In this document: positions 1-8,628 of the stretch, one piece after another | Layout of the letters: each line of letters begins with the position of its first letter | Position numbering within the stretch: the first letter of the stretch is position 1 | Source: Cyanobacteriota bacterium | GTDB lineage: Bacteria; Cyanobacteriota; Cyanobacteriia; PCC-6307; Cyanobiaceae | Length of the DNA stretch: 64,000 nucleotides | NCBI GenBank assembly: GCA_046052125.1 | Contig: JBJOMY010000003.1 | Coordinates: 160,001 to 224,000 of the forward strand | Direction of reading: 5' to 3' | Notes under the pieces: generated by a model | What the model saw: only the letters and a program-made list of their open reading frames with translations | Databases searched by the model: none | Told to the model about the DNA's origin: nothing | Program-made: the position numbers and the translations under genes

Positions 1-699
1 GGAGAACGCTTCCATGGTGTTGTTGCGCATCGCCTGCAGGGTTTCAGGCGTTGGCACGGTTAGCAGTTCCACCTCCGTGTTGGGATTCACCCCACCTGCT
101 GCGAGCCACCAGCGCAACCACATGTCCTGGTTGGCGCGGGGGAAGGTGTAAGCGGCGCGGAACTTCCGGCCTTCCTTCTCCTGGAATTGCTTGAAGAATC
201 CAGCTTCCGGCTTGAGATTGGCCGAGAGGTTGGCCTGTTTCACGCTGTCGGCAGCAGCGATGCCGTTGCCCTGGCTCATCAGCATCGCCAGCACCACCAT
301 CGGCACTTTCTTGCCGTTGGTGATGGCCCCTTCGCTGATCATCTGGGGCATGGGCATCTGCCACTGGCCGCCATCGATGCCCCCTCCACCCGATCCGAGC
401 ACCACGTTGTCGCGTGCTGCAGTCCAGCTGGCTTGTTTGGAGAGGGTCACCTCAAGGCCATGCTTGGCGAAGAAGCCCTTGTGCACCCCAATCACCAGAG
501 GTGCCGCCTCGAGAATCGGGAGGAAGCCAAGGCTGATCTGAGAGGTCTCCAGCTGGCTTTTGGCGGCTTGATTGAGGCTGAAGGTCTGCGTGTTCTCCAG
601 AGCCTTACGGCTCGGCGGCATGCCAAAGCAGCCACTCAACAGCGCAGAGGTGATCAGGGTTCCGCCCAGCAGGCTGAGGTATCGGCGGGTGCGTGGCAT
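1..699 (-). CDS. cmpA: Bicarbonate ABC transporter (BCT1) substrate-binding lipoprotein, 5' part (runs off the window)
   Basis: Manual translation from ATG 699: MPRTRRYLSLLGGTLITSALLSGC (lipobox)...LGFLPILEAAPLVIG...KQASWTAARDNVVLGSGGGGIDGGQWQMPMP...YTFPRANQDMWLRWWLAAGG. GGQWQMPMP is CmpA-like, not NrtA-like (GAHILTPMP). Not in the ORF track. Confidence 0.88.
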   Translation of the reverse strand, partial: MPRTRRYLSLLGGTLITSALLSGCFGMPPSRKALENTQTFSLNQAAKSQLETSQISLGFLPILEAAPLVIGVHKGFFAKHGLEVTLSKQASWTAARDNVVLGSGGGGIDGGQWQMPMPQMISEGAITNGKKVPMVVLAMLMSQGNGIAAADSVKQANLSANLKPEAGFFKQFQEKEGRKFRAAYTFPRANQDMWLRWWLAAGGVNPNTEVELLTVPTPETLQAMRNNTMEAFS

Positions 700-1002
700 C
701 GGTCAAATTTCGAAATGGAAGGAGTGCAGGCGCAACAAACCGATGAGGAGCATTTGCTCCTCTGAGCGCATCAAGCTGTGTGAAAAGATCAACAATGATG
801 AACGGCCAAGCCAGGGCGAAGATCAGGGATCTTTTGGCCATTGATGGCTGGTCTTAGTCGGTGAAAACGGCTTTGCGAATGTCACCGAAGAGTAGAAGCT
901 GGATCCATTGTGTTGGGTTGACCCAACACCCAGCGATTCCAATCGTTTCAATCAGTTCGGCTGATTGGCCGAGCTCTTGATACGACTGAAGCTCTGCCAA
1001 TC

Positions 1003-1039
1003 AAAAGCCCCCAGCACCGACCAAGTGGTGCTGGGGGCT
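1003..1039 (-). terminator. Rho-independent terminator of the sigma factor gene
   Basis: AAAA-GCCCCCAGCACC...GGTGCTGGGGGCT hairpin; U-tract on the minus strand just past the stop at 1066. Confidence 0.8.
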
Positions 1040-1065
1040 GTAGGCGCCTTTGGCCGGGTGGTGTT

Positions 1066-2034
1066 TTAAGCCTCCAAGTAGTCGATCACTCGCTCAGAAA
1101 GTTCCTTCACGTTGCTGATTGCACGCCGTTCAATCCCCCGTGCGGTGTCGCGGGTCACACCCATGTTGCGTGCCACGGCGCTCAAAGGCATCGGACTTTC
1201 TGCGTTGATCCCGTAGCGGAGCCTGAGCAGCTCGGCTTGATCTGCCGGCAGATGCTTGAGCAGATCCTGGATGTCGTGCCGCATGTGGGTGCGGGTAAGG
1301 CCTTCAGCCGGTTCTTCGCCGCCGCAGGCGATGCGATCTAAAAGGCTCGTGTCGTCTTCGCTTGGGGCGCTGTCCAGGCTCAGCGGTTGCTGTGCGCGGA
1401 ACAGGGTTTCGCGGATATCCAGCTCTTTTAAGCCGGTGTGCTCTGCCAATTCGTCGAGCCGGGGGGCGCGGCCGAGTTCGTGCCACAGCGTGTGCTGGGC
1501 GCGGCGCAACTTGCTGAGGGTTTCGCCCACGTGAACGGGTAGGCGCACAGTGCGGCTTTTGGCTGAAATCGCACGGGTGATGCCTTCGCGGATCCACCAG
1601 TAGGCATAGGTGGAGAACTTGTAACCCCGTGTGGGGTCGAATTTCTCCACAGCCTTGATCAGGCCAAGGTTGCCCTCCTGGATCACGTCTTCCAGTTCGA
1701 GCTGCAGACTGCCGTACTTCCGTGCGATGGTCACCACCAAGCGCAGATTGGCAGCCACCATCCTGTTCTTGGCTCGAGCCCCCAGTCGCAGCCGGCGCTT
1801 GAGGGTGAGTGGGGTCAGCCCGGCTTCGGCTGCCCAGGTTTCTTGGCTCGGCGGATGCCCACCGGCCCGGAGGGTCAGTTCTTCCCCTATCTCGAGAAGC
1901 TGCTGGGCCGTTTGCACAGCACGGCCCAGGGTGATCTCTTCTTCATGGGTCAGCAACGGGATCCGGCCAATGGCGCGGAGGTGTTGCGTGAGAGCGTCGC
2001 AGCTGCTGCGGGTGAGCTTCTGTGGCGCAGGCAT
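1066..2034 (-). CDS. RpoD-family (group 2) RNA polymerase sigma factor
   Basis: LLTHEEEITL, ANLRLVVTIARKY, DVIQEGNLGLIKAVEKFDPTRGYKFSTYAYWWIR; region 4 HTH; no region 1.1. Confidence 0.93.
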   Translation of the reverse strand: MPAPQKLTRSSCDALTQHLRAIGRIPLLTHEEEITLGRAVQTAQQLLEIGEELTLRAGGHPPSQETWAAEAGLTPLTLKRRLRLGARAKNRMVAANLRLVVTIARKYGSLQLELEDVIQEGNLGLIKAVEKFDPTRGYKFSTYAYWWIREGITRAISAKSRTVRLPVHVGETLSKLRRAQHTLWHELGRAPRLDELAEHTGLKELDIRETLFRAQQPLSLDSAPSEDDTSLLDRIACGGEEPAEGLTRTHMRHDIQDLLKHLPADQAELLRLRYGINAESPMPLSAVARNMGVTRDTARGIERRAISNVKELSERVIDYLEA

Positions 2035-2128
2035 CGGGGAGATGTCTGAAAGTGTCGCGGAACGGTAGTGACTGGGAAAGGCGGTTGGGTGTGGAATTGC
2101 GCCCGAGAAGAACTGCAGATTGCAGCGA

Positions 2129-2581
2129 TTAGCTCAGCTGATCGTCCACGCTCGGGGTGCGGCGGGCCAGCCGAACCAGCCAATAAGCAGCGCCAAGGCC
2201 TAAAACAATGATTCCAAATCCCGCCATCAGAGCGGGCTTGCTCTCAGTGCCGGGCGGAAGCACGATCACTTTTCGTGCCACGGCAGTAAGCGCTGTCAGC
2301 AACACCAGCTCGATTTGGATCGCCTGATCTTTGAGATAAGCAGTCACGTTCTGCAAAACCTCCAGCGCAATAAAGATCAATAGCAGGCGATCAAGAAGTT
2401 TGATCATGCTGCCGTCAAACCAATCGGTCTGCAGCTGGATGATTTTCCAGCCGCTTTGAATCAATAGCTCGATCGAGGCTACACCTACAACAATGGCTAG
2501 TAAAACGGCTAGGAGTTTGGCTAGTTGGCGTTCGTAGCTGTGGATCGCATCAAGAAAATTCTTGTCGCTGAGGAGTTTCAT
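2129..2581 (-). CDS. Phosphate-starvation-inducible PsiE family membrane protein
   Basis: Four TM segments; LLIFIALEVLQNVTAYL and LTAVARKVIV motifs. Confidence 0.8.
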   Translation of the reverse strand: MKLLSDKNFLDAIHSYERQLAKLLAVLLAIVVGVASIELLIQSGWKIIQLQTDWFDGSMIKLLDRLLLIFIALEVLQNVTAYLKDQAIQIELVLLTALTAVARKVIVLPPGTESKPALMAGFGIIVLGLGAAYWLVRLARRTPSVDDQLS

Positions 2582-3003
2582 TGACGCTTCCAGTGATTCG
2601 GCCCGCCATTTGAGCTGACTTTAGAAGCTGCTTTTGGCCTTTTGGTTGAAAGCCAGGAAAACTCCGAGGGATTGGAGCGCAAAGGAAGACCAAGATGGGA
2701 CTTGGGGCGGGCGGTTGGGTGAGACTTCTGACTTAGCTATCTAAGTTCTGAGCGGGTTATTGCTGACATTCTTTAGCTCGCTCGGCGTGGATCCAAGGTC
2801 AATGCACAGGCAATAAGCGCATCCAGGGTCAGGCCTTTCCCTGACGCGAGAGCTCATCCGGCTTCGCTCTTGCCTGGATCCAGAGTTTTTGTGTCTTGGG
2901 TGGTTGCGCCTCTACCGCTGGTCCGAGCTGTCCTCGGGTCTTGCTGCCCCAACCTTCAAGCTTTTCTCCCATCATTCGTCTGCGGACTGGATCCTCCTAT
3001 CGA

Positions 3004-3177
3004 ATGTCTCTGGTGTTCCTGCTGGCTTTCGTCTGGCTGAGCATGCGCACTGTGCTTTTGCTGACCCAGGTCAACCGCCACACACCGGAGTCTCAGCTGG
3101 GCCGAGCCTTCCAGGAAGAGTTGCGCAATCGTGGGCTGACACCTTGTTCTGCTGATGCTGATCGACTGATTCCTTAG
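3004..3177 (+). CDS. Possible small membrane-anchored hypothetical protein (57 aa)
   Basis: MSLVFLLAFVWLSMRTVLLL... hydrophobic N-terminus; no family recognised. Confidence 0.3.
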   Translation: MSLVFLLAFVWLSMRTVLLLTQVNRHTPESQLGRAFQEELRNRGLTPCSADADRLIP

Positions 3178-3324
3178 TGTTGTGTTTGGCGAAGCGAATC
3201 ATGGTCGGCAATCCAGAACTGGCGCGATGAATCATCCATGGCCCAGATTTTCGGTGCTGTTGTTCCTTGGTCCATTAGTCTCGAAAGTGTGTAGAACTCA
3301 ATAGGGGTAATACATTTATTGGCA

Positions 3325-3471
3325 ATGCCTCTTGACCTACTCGTCTTGGTGAGCAATCTCGTGGCGGCTGATGAATCCACGGCCCTGTTGGTGGTGACCG
3401 TCATCACCTTGTACTCCCTCAGTCTGCTGCGATGGTTGGATCCCCAGTGGTCTCAACTTGTTGCTCCTTAG
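3325..3471 (+). CDS. Possible small hydrophobic protein (48 aa)
   Basis: MPLDLLVLVSNLVAADESTALLVVTVITLYSLSLLRWLDPQWSQLVAP*, ending 16 nt before the DUF6671-like gene; below the ORF-track cutoff. Confidence 0.35.
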   Translation: MPLDLLVLVSNLVAADESTALLVVTVITLYSLSLLRWLDPQWSQLVAP

Positions 3472-3487
3472 GAGTTGAATCTCTGAC

Positions 3488-4342
3488 GTGCTTTCGCAGG
3501 GCCCCTACTCCGGTGCGCTGATCGCGCTCACCACCCGCCACGGCAAGGAGCGGGCCCTCAGCCGCGTGTTCGCTGCCGGTTTGGGGGCCCGCCTTCAGCT
3601 CTGCGATCACGACACCGATCAGCTCGGCACCTTCAGCGGGGAGATCCCGCGCCTGGCGGATGCTGCCGCCACCTGCCGCGCCAAAGCGTTGCTGGGGATG
3701 GAGGCCACCGACCTCTCGCTAGGCCTGGCCAGCGAGTCGAGCTTTGGGCCCCATCCCGCCATGCCGATGCTTCCCGTCGGCCAGGAGCTTTTGCTCTTTC
3801 TGGATCAGGAGCGTGATCTCTGCCTGATTGAGCAACGGCTGGAGTGGCGTACCAACTACAGCCATCTCCTGCTGGAGCCCGGGGTTTTGCCCGATGCCTG
3901 GCTGCGGCAAGTGCGCTTTCCTTCCCACGCGGTGATCGCCCGGCCTTTGCTGCCGAAAGCGGGGTGCTTGTTCAAGGGGTTGAGCAGCCACGAAGCGCTC
4001 GCTGAGGCGATGGTGTGCTGCCGTTTGGCTGACCCCGATGGGCGCGTGTGGCTTGAAACCGATATGCGGGCGCATTGCAATCCCACCCGCATGCGCTCCA
4101 TCCGCCGGCTCGGCGTAGCGTTAGTGCGCCGCTTGCAAACTCCTTGCCCGGAATGCGGCAGCCCCGGTTGGGGGGTGATCGATACGCAAGCCGGATTGCC
4201 CTGCAGCGAGTGCGGCACGCCCACCGAGCTCACCCTTTCCGAGATCTGGGGTTGCGAAACCTGTGGCGTGCGTCGAAGCCAGCCGCGCCGGGATGGTCGG
4301 CTCAGCGCTGAAGCAGGCCAGTGCCCTTGGTGTAATCCCTAA
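3488..4342 (+). CDS. DUF6671-like protein with C-terminal CxxC motifs
   Basis: TRHGKERAL, DTDQLGTFSGEIPR, SESSFGPHP, ETDMRAHCNPTRM; CPEC/CSEC/CETC/CPWCNP. Confidence 0.75.
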   Translation: MLSQGPYSGALIALTTRHGKERALSRVFAAGLGARLQLCDHDTDQLGTFSGEIPRLADAAATCRAKALLGMEATDLSLGLASESSFGPHPAMPMLPVGQELLLFLDQERDLCLIEQRLEWRTNYSHLLLEPGVLPDAWLRQVRFPSHAVIARPLLPKAGCLFKGLSSHEALAEAMVCCRLADPDGRVWLETDMRAHCNPTRMRSIRRLGVALVRRLQTPCPECGSPGWGVIDTQAGLPCSECGTPTELTLSEIWGCETCGVRRSQPRRDGRLSAEAGQCPWCNP

Positions 4343-4400
4343 CCCCTTCGCCAATTGCACTGTGGCCAAGGTCAGAATGGCGCTTCATGTGCAGGCCTGA

Positions 4401-5486
4401 ATGCCCTACGCCTTGAGTGCTGTTGAAATCGTTGCCGGCATTTTGTTGCTGTTCGGCGGCGGTGAATTATTCGTTGCTGGATCTGTAGCGCTCTCACTGC
4501 TATTCGGCATTCCGCAGATCGTGATTGGTCTCACGGTTGTGTCGATGGGCACCAGTGCCCCGGAATTGTTCGTGAGTTTGCTCTCCACGATTCAAGGGGG
4601 CTCTGCTGGCGATGCCATTGCGGTGAGCAACATCGTGGGCTCTAACATCTTCAATGTGTTAGTGGTGCTCGGTGCCAGTGCAGCCGTGATGCCGCTGCGC
4701 GTGAAGAGTCGTTTGGTGCGGCGCGATGTGCCCCTGCTGCTTGGGGTGTCGATGGCCACCTGGGGTATGGCCTCCGGCGGACGCATCACCTGGGTGGCTG
4801 GCCTGGCCCTGATCACTGGCACGGTGATCAACTTGCTCTGGGAAATCCGCAGCGCCAAGGAAGAGCCTTCCGAAGCCTCGGACAATATGGATACAGAAGG
4901 AGCAGCTCCTGCGCCTGTTGCGGCTGCGAAGTTGGCCGCGGGGCTGGGCCTGCTCGTGCTCGGTTCTCAGGTGCTGGTGAAAGGTGCCATTGCTGCGGCC
5001 CAGGGGCTGGGCGTGAGTGAAACCGTGATTGGTCTCACCATCGTGGCGGCGGGAACCTCCATGCCCGAGCTGGTGACCTCTCTGGTGGCCGCCTACCGCG
5101 GCAAGGCCGATCTGGCCATCGGCAACGTGGTGGGGAGCAACCTGCTCAACCAATTAGTGATTCTTGGTTTGTGCGGCTTGGTTTCCGGTGAGCGGGGATT
5201 GGGCGTTGATCCGGTGATGCTCGCCCGCGATTTCCCGATCATGGTGGCCACCACCCTGGCCTGTCTGCCGATCTTCTGGACCGGTGGCGTGATCACGCGC
5301 CTAGAGGGCTGGATCTTGATCGCTCTGTATGGCGTCTACGTCATCGAGCAGATTCTCACCAGCACCGCTTCCTCGGTGAGTGATGAGTTCCGACTGCTCG
5401 TTTTAGTTGGCGTGATCCCTGCGGTTCTGGTGTTCCTGGTGTGGACGGCGCTCCGCTGGAAGAGCAAGCGCCATCAGCTGGTCTGA
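4401..5486 (+). CDS. Calcium/sodium antiporter (CaCA, YrbG-like)
   Basis: Two alpha repeats: GTSAPE...GSNIFN and GTSMPE...GSNLLN. Confidence 0.92.
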   Translation: MPYALSAVEIVAGILLLFGGGELFVAGSVALSLLFGIPQIVIGLTVVSMGTSAPELFVSLLSTIQGGSAGDAIAVSNIVGSNIFNVLVVLGASAAVMPLRVKSRLVRRDVPLLLGVSMATWGMASGGRITWVAGLALITGTVINLLWEIRSAKEEPSEASDNMDTEGAAPAPVAAAKLAAGLGLLVLGSQVLVKGAIAAAQGLGVSETVIGLTIVAAGTSMPELVTSLVAAYRGKADLAIGNVVGSNLLNQLVILGLCGLVSGERGLGVDPVMLARDFPIMVATTLACLPIFWTGGVITRLEGWILIALYGVYVIEQILTSTASSVSDEFRLLVLVGVIPAVLVFLVWTALRWKSKRHQLV

Positions 5487-5494
5487 TCCCGGGA

Positions 5495-5713
5495 TCAGCT
5501 GGCCAGTACGGCAGGGAGCTTGGCCACAGTCAGCCCTGCCGTGCCGGCATCACGGCACAGTGCATCACAGCTTTCGGCTTTGAGCCTCACGGCGCCTGCG
5601 CAGATGAGATCCCAGGTGCTGGTTTCGAAGTGCGTTTGCAGCCAGAGCATGCCGATCACGGAGCGGGGCAGCAGCTGGTAGCTATCGCCCTTGGGGGTGA
5701 GGCTCAGATCCAT
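5495..5713 (-). CDS. Small hypothetical protein, probably conserved in cyanobacteria
   Basis: MDLSLTPKGDSYQLLPRSVIGMLWLQTHF...; fills the gap between two genes. Confidence 0.65.
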   Translation of the reverse strand: MDLSLTPKGDSYQLLPRSVIGMLWLQTHFETSTWDLICAGAVRLKAESCDALCRDAGTAGLTVAKLPAVLAS

Positions 5714-5735
5714 TTGGCAGCTAAGCATCGCGCAA

Positions 5736-5766
5736 CAAAAAACCTCCCCCCATTGCAGGGGGAGGT
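5736..5766 (-). terminator. Rho-independent terminator downstream of the DUF4278 gene
   Basis: A-tract followed by CCTCCCCC...GGGGGAGG hairpin. Confidence 0.75.
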
Positions 5767-5813
5767 CGATTGGCCTGTTGTTGCGACAGGCACCGAAATC
5801 GGTTTTGAGGCGA

Positions 5814-6029
5814 TCAGCCCTGGTTCACCTGCTGGGCAGCCTCGGCCTGGCGGTGGTGGTAGGTGTGGCCGCGGTACTGCAGCTCCACCTCGGTGTCGAC
5901 GTCAGCCGCTTCATGGCGCAGGGGTGCGTCGTAGTGCTGGCCGCGATAGGCGTGGTCTACCGGCTGGGGGCTCGGCTGTTCGTGGGTGGCGTTGTCGTAG
6001 CTAACGCCGCGGTACTGGAGTTTGGTCAT
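5814..6029 (-). CDS. DUF4278 domain small protein
   Basis: Three YRG repeats (LQYRGVSY, AYRGQHY, LQYRGHTY); lies downstream of the glutamine riboswitch. Confidence 0.85.
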   Translation of the reverse strand: MTKLQYRGVSYDNATHEQPSPQPVDHAYRGQHYDAPLRHEAADVDTEVELQYRGHTYHHRQAEAAQQVNQG

Positions 6030-6094
6030 TGGATTGGGCCTCGAAGGGTGGCTTGAAGATCTGCTGGGCAGATGGTCCGCTTCGTGGGAAGGAG

Positions 6095-6158
6095 CGTTGC
6101 TTCGCCGTGCGGTGGGCTACTTCCGGTGAACCAGGGCCCTGGGGCGGCTCACCCAACG
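6095..6158 (-). ncRNA. Glutamine riboswitch (glnA RNA motif, class I)
   Basis: Minus strand CGTTG-GGTGAGCC...GGTTCACC-GGAAGTA-GCC...GGC-GAAGCAACG: P1 CGUUG/CAACG, P2, P3 and the conserved GGAAGUA/GAAG elements; in the 5' UTR of DUF4278. Confidence 0.88.
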
Positions 6159-6324
6159 TTTTGTCCTTCTAGAAGTGTTTTACCGAGGCTTTGCTGTTCA
6201 TGGTGAACGCTTGGCCGGTTTCTTCGTATTCCTATGTGCTTGAAATGCGTAGCGAGTCGAACTGATCTTGCTGAAAACCATTGGTGCACGGGTCTTATAG
6301 CTCCAAAAAATCCTTTTGGGTTTT

Positions 6325-6338
6325 GTTGTTTTTGATAC
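6325..6338. promoter_or_regulatory. Putative NtcA binding site upstream of amt1
   Basis: GTT-GTTTTTGA-TAC (GTN10AC). A second imperfect site, GTA-N8-AAC, lies at 6249-6262. Confidence 0.6.
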
Positions 6339-6423
6339 GGCTCTTGGTGCCGTTGTCTCGAATCATTGCCTCCAAGGCGGCCCTGGCTAGCCCTCGGCCC
6401 CGATGTTCAGCCCTTCCGCATTC

Positions 6424-7869
6424 ATGACTGTTACCTCGCCCTCTTCTCGGCGCCGGCCGAGGAGTTTGCAGGAAGCGAGTCTGTTGGAGGCGCCCGAGCT
6501 GCTGCTGCGCAAGCTGCGAGGGTTCTCGTCCAACCGCACGCTCACCTGGCTGGCCTGTGTTCCCATCGCCTTGATGGGTCTGGGTCTGTTCAACCTGGCC
6601 GCCCATGCCGCCGAGCTTCCTGAGCTCACTCCGGCATTCCTGGCCAACAACATGTTCCTGTTGATCTGCGCCGCTCTAGTGATCTTCATGAACGCCGGCT
6701 TCGCCATGGTGGAAGCCGGTATGTGCCGCCAGAAGAACGCTGTCAACATCCTGGCCAAGAACCTGATCGTCTTCGCCCTGGCGGTGACGGCCTACTGGTT
6801 CATCGGCTACAAGATCATGTATAACGCCAGCTGGGTGATTCCCGGTTGGTTCAAGTTCGGCGGCCTGTTCTTTGACCCCACCGTGACCCCTGAGATGGTC
6901 ACCGAGGGCAAGCTGGTCCCCAGCGTTGACTTCCTCTTCCAGGCAGCTTTCGCCGGCACCGCCGCCACGATCGTGTCCGGCCTCGTGGCTGAGCGCATCA
7001 AGTTTGGCGAGTTCGTGATCTTCTCGCTGGTGCTGGTGGGGATCCTCTATCCCATCTCCGGCTCCTGGCAGTGGAACGTTGGTGAGGGCTGGCTCAACAA
7101 GCTCGGCTTCATCGATTTCGCCGGCTCCACCGTGGTGCACTCCTTCGGTGCCTGGGCTGGTTTGATCGGCGCCATGCTGCTCGGCCCCCGCATCGGCAAG
7201 TTTGTGGATGGCAAAACCCAGGCCATCCCGGGTCACAACCTGGCGATCGCCACCCTGGGCTGCCTGATCCTCTGGCTCGGCTGGTACGGCTTCAACCCCG
7301 GTTCCTGGCTGTCCATGGCCCCTGAGGTGCCTTACATCGCCGTCACCACCACCCTCGGCGCAGCCGGCGGCGGCATCGCTGCCACCCTGCTCAGCCAGTT
7401 CACTGGTGGTAAGCCCGACCTCACCATGACCATCAACGGCATCCTCGCCGGTCTGGTGGGTGTGACCGCCGGTTGCGATGGCTTCTCGATGCCTGCTGCC
7501 TGGGTGGTGGGTTTCATCGCCGGCATCCTCGTGGTGTTCTCCGTGGGTTGGCTCGACTCCCTCAAGATCGACGACCCCGTTGGCGCCTTCTCTGTGCACG
7601 GCACCTGCGGCATCTGGGCCACCCTGGCGGTGGGCCTGTTCAACGCCGATAAGGGTCTGCTCACCGGCCACGGCTTCAACCAGCTCGGCATTCAGATCGT
7701 TGGTGTGCTGGCCTTCGCGATCTTCGCGATCGTGAGCAGCTTCATCGTCTGGTCGATCATCGGCGCCATCTTTGGCGGCATCCGTGTCACCGAGAAGGAA
7801 GAGGTGGAAGGTCTCGACATCGGCGAGCACGGCATGGAGGCCTATCCCGATTTCGCTTCGGCGAAGTGA
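6424..7869 (+). CDS. amt1: Ammonium transporter (Amt1 type)
   Basis: [55 protein letters not shown]; typical picocyanobacterial N-terminal extension; start could be 6403. Confidence 0.95.
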   Translation: MTVTSPSSRRRPRSLQEASLLEAPELLLRKLRGFSSNRTLTWLACVPIALMGLGLFNLAAHAAELPELTPAFLANNMFLLICAALVIFMNAGFAMVEAGMCRQKNAVNILAKNLIVFALAVTAYWFIGYKIMYNASWVIPGWFKFGGLFFDPTVTPEMVTEGKLVPSVDFLFQAAFAGTAATIVSGLVAERIKFGEFVIFSLVLVGILYPISGSWQWNVGEGWLNKLGFIDFAGSTVVHSFGAWAGLIGAMLLGPRIGKFVDGKTQAIPGHNLAIATLGCLILWLGWYGFNPGSWLSMAPEVPYIAVTTTLGAAGGGIAATLLSQFTGGKPDLTMTINGILAGLVGVTAGCDGFSMPAAWVVGFIAGILVVFSVGWLDSLKIDDPVGAFSVHGTCGIWATLAVGLFNADKGLLTGHGFNQLGIQIVGVLAFAIFAIVSSFIVWSIIGAIFGGIRVTEKEEVEGLDIGEHGMEAYPDFASAK

Positions 7870-7894
7870 TCCTTCACTTCTGCTGACGCTTCAG

Positions 7895-7917
7895 GCCCGC
7901 CGAAAGGCGGGCTTTTT
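7895..7917 (+). terminator. Rho-independent terminator after amt1
   Basis: GCCCGCC-GAAA-GGCGGGC-TTTTT. Confidence 0.9.
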
Positions 7918-7943
7918 GCTGTTCTCTGGCAACCTAAGGGCAC

Positions 7944-8291
7944 TTGCACACGCCGGTTGTGGCCTGCCCCAATTGCGGCGCGCGCCTGGTGTCTGTCTCT
8001 ACGCAGCCGCCGATCCGGCTGATCTGCGCGCAGTGCGGCCGCCCGTTGCCGGTGAAGCCTCCGCTGCCCCTCTATCTGTGGCTGAAGCTCAACGCCCGCC
8101 GCTGGATTGTGCTGCTGGTTGTGTTGGTGCTCCCTTTGGTGATGCTCAGCCTCACCCCTCAAGAGAGGCCCGCTGCCGATCGGCTGGAGCGGCCCCGTCT
8201 GGGGCGTGTCATGACTGGGCGCGGGCTCCAGGGAAGTCAGAGAAGAACAACCCGGTCAACCGGCTTGGGTGAGCGTCCTTCTCATCGCTGA
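7944..8291 (+). CDS. Small zinc-ribbon membrane protein
   Basis: CPNCG...CAQCGRPL then one TM helix; likely GTG start at 7959. Confidence 0.55.
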   Translation: MHTPVVACPNCGARLVSVSTQPPIRLICAQCGRPLPVKPPLPLYLWLKLNARRWIVLLVVLVLPLVMLSLTPQERPAADRLERPRLGRVMTGRGLQGSQRRTTRSTGLGERPSHR

Positions 8292-8368
8292 ATCAGCCAA
8301 AGCGTTCATTTCGGACAGTCAGGCGCGCGCTCCGCAATCAGCGTGGTGGTCCCCAGTGCATCGAGCCT

Positions 8369-8626
8369 GTGTCCTGCGGTTATTGCGGCGAACGGCTAAT
8401 CAGTAAAACCTCGGAAGGCCTCACCTGCTGCGGTTGCGGCAGGCCCCTCGAGCAAACCCGCCCTCAGAAGCCTCAAACCCTTTCGGGTAAGTCGCTGATG
8501 GTGTTCAGCCTCTGGGTGATGGCAGCCCTGCCGTTCGTGGGTGCCATCGCGGCAACGGATCAACTCCGCTCCGGCGTGCTTGCTCCTGAGATGGCCGAAT
8601 CTCAGGAGCATCACTCGGCTGAATGA
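8369..8626 (+). CDS. Small zinc-ribbon membrane protein (similar architecture to the upstream gene)
   Basis: CGYCG...CCGCGRPL then one TM helix. Confidence 0.55.
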   Translation: MSCGYCGERLISKTSEGLTCCGCGRPLEQTRPQKPQTLSGKSLMVFSLWVMAALPFVGAIAATDQLRSGVLAPEMAESQEHHSAE

Positions 8627-8628
8627 GC

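Noticed and set aside
7243..7250. Recurrent GCGATCGC (HIP1-like) octamers across the window
   Set aside because: This is a known genome-wide cyanobacterial feature; enrichment was not computed and it is not locus-specific.
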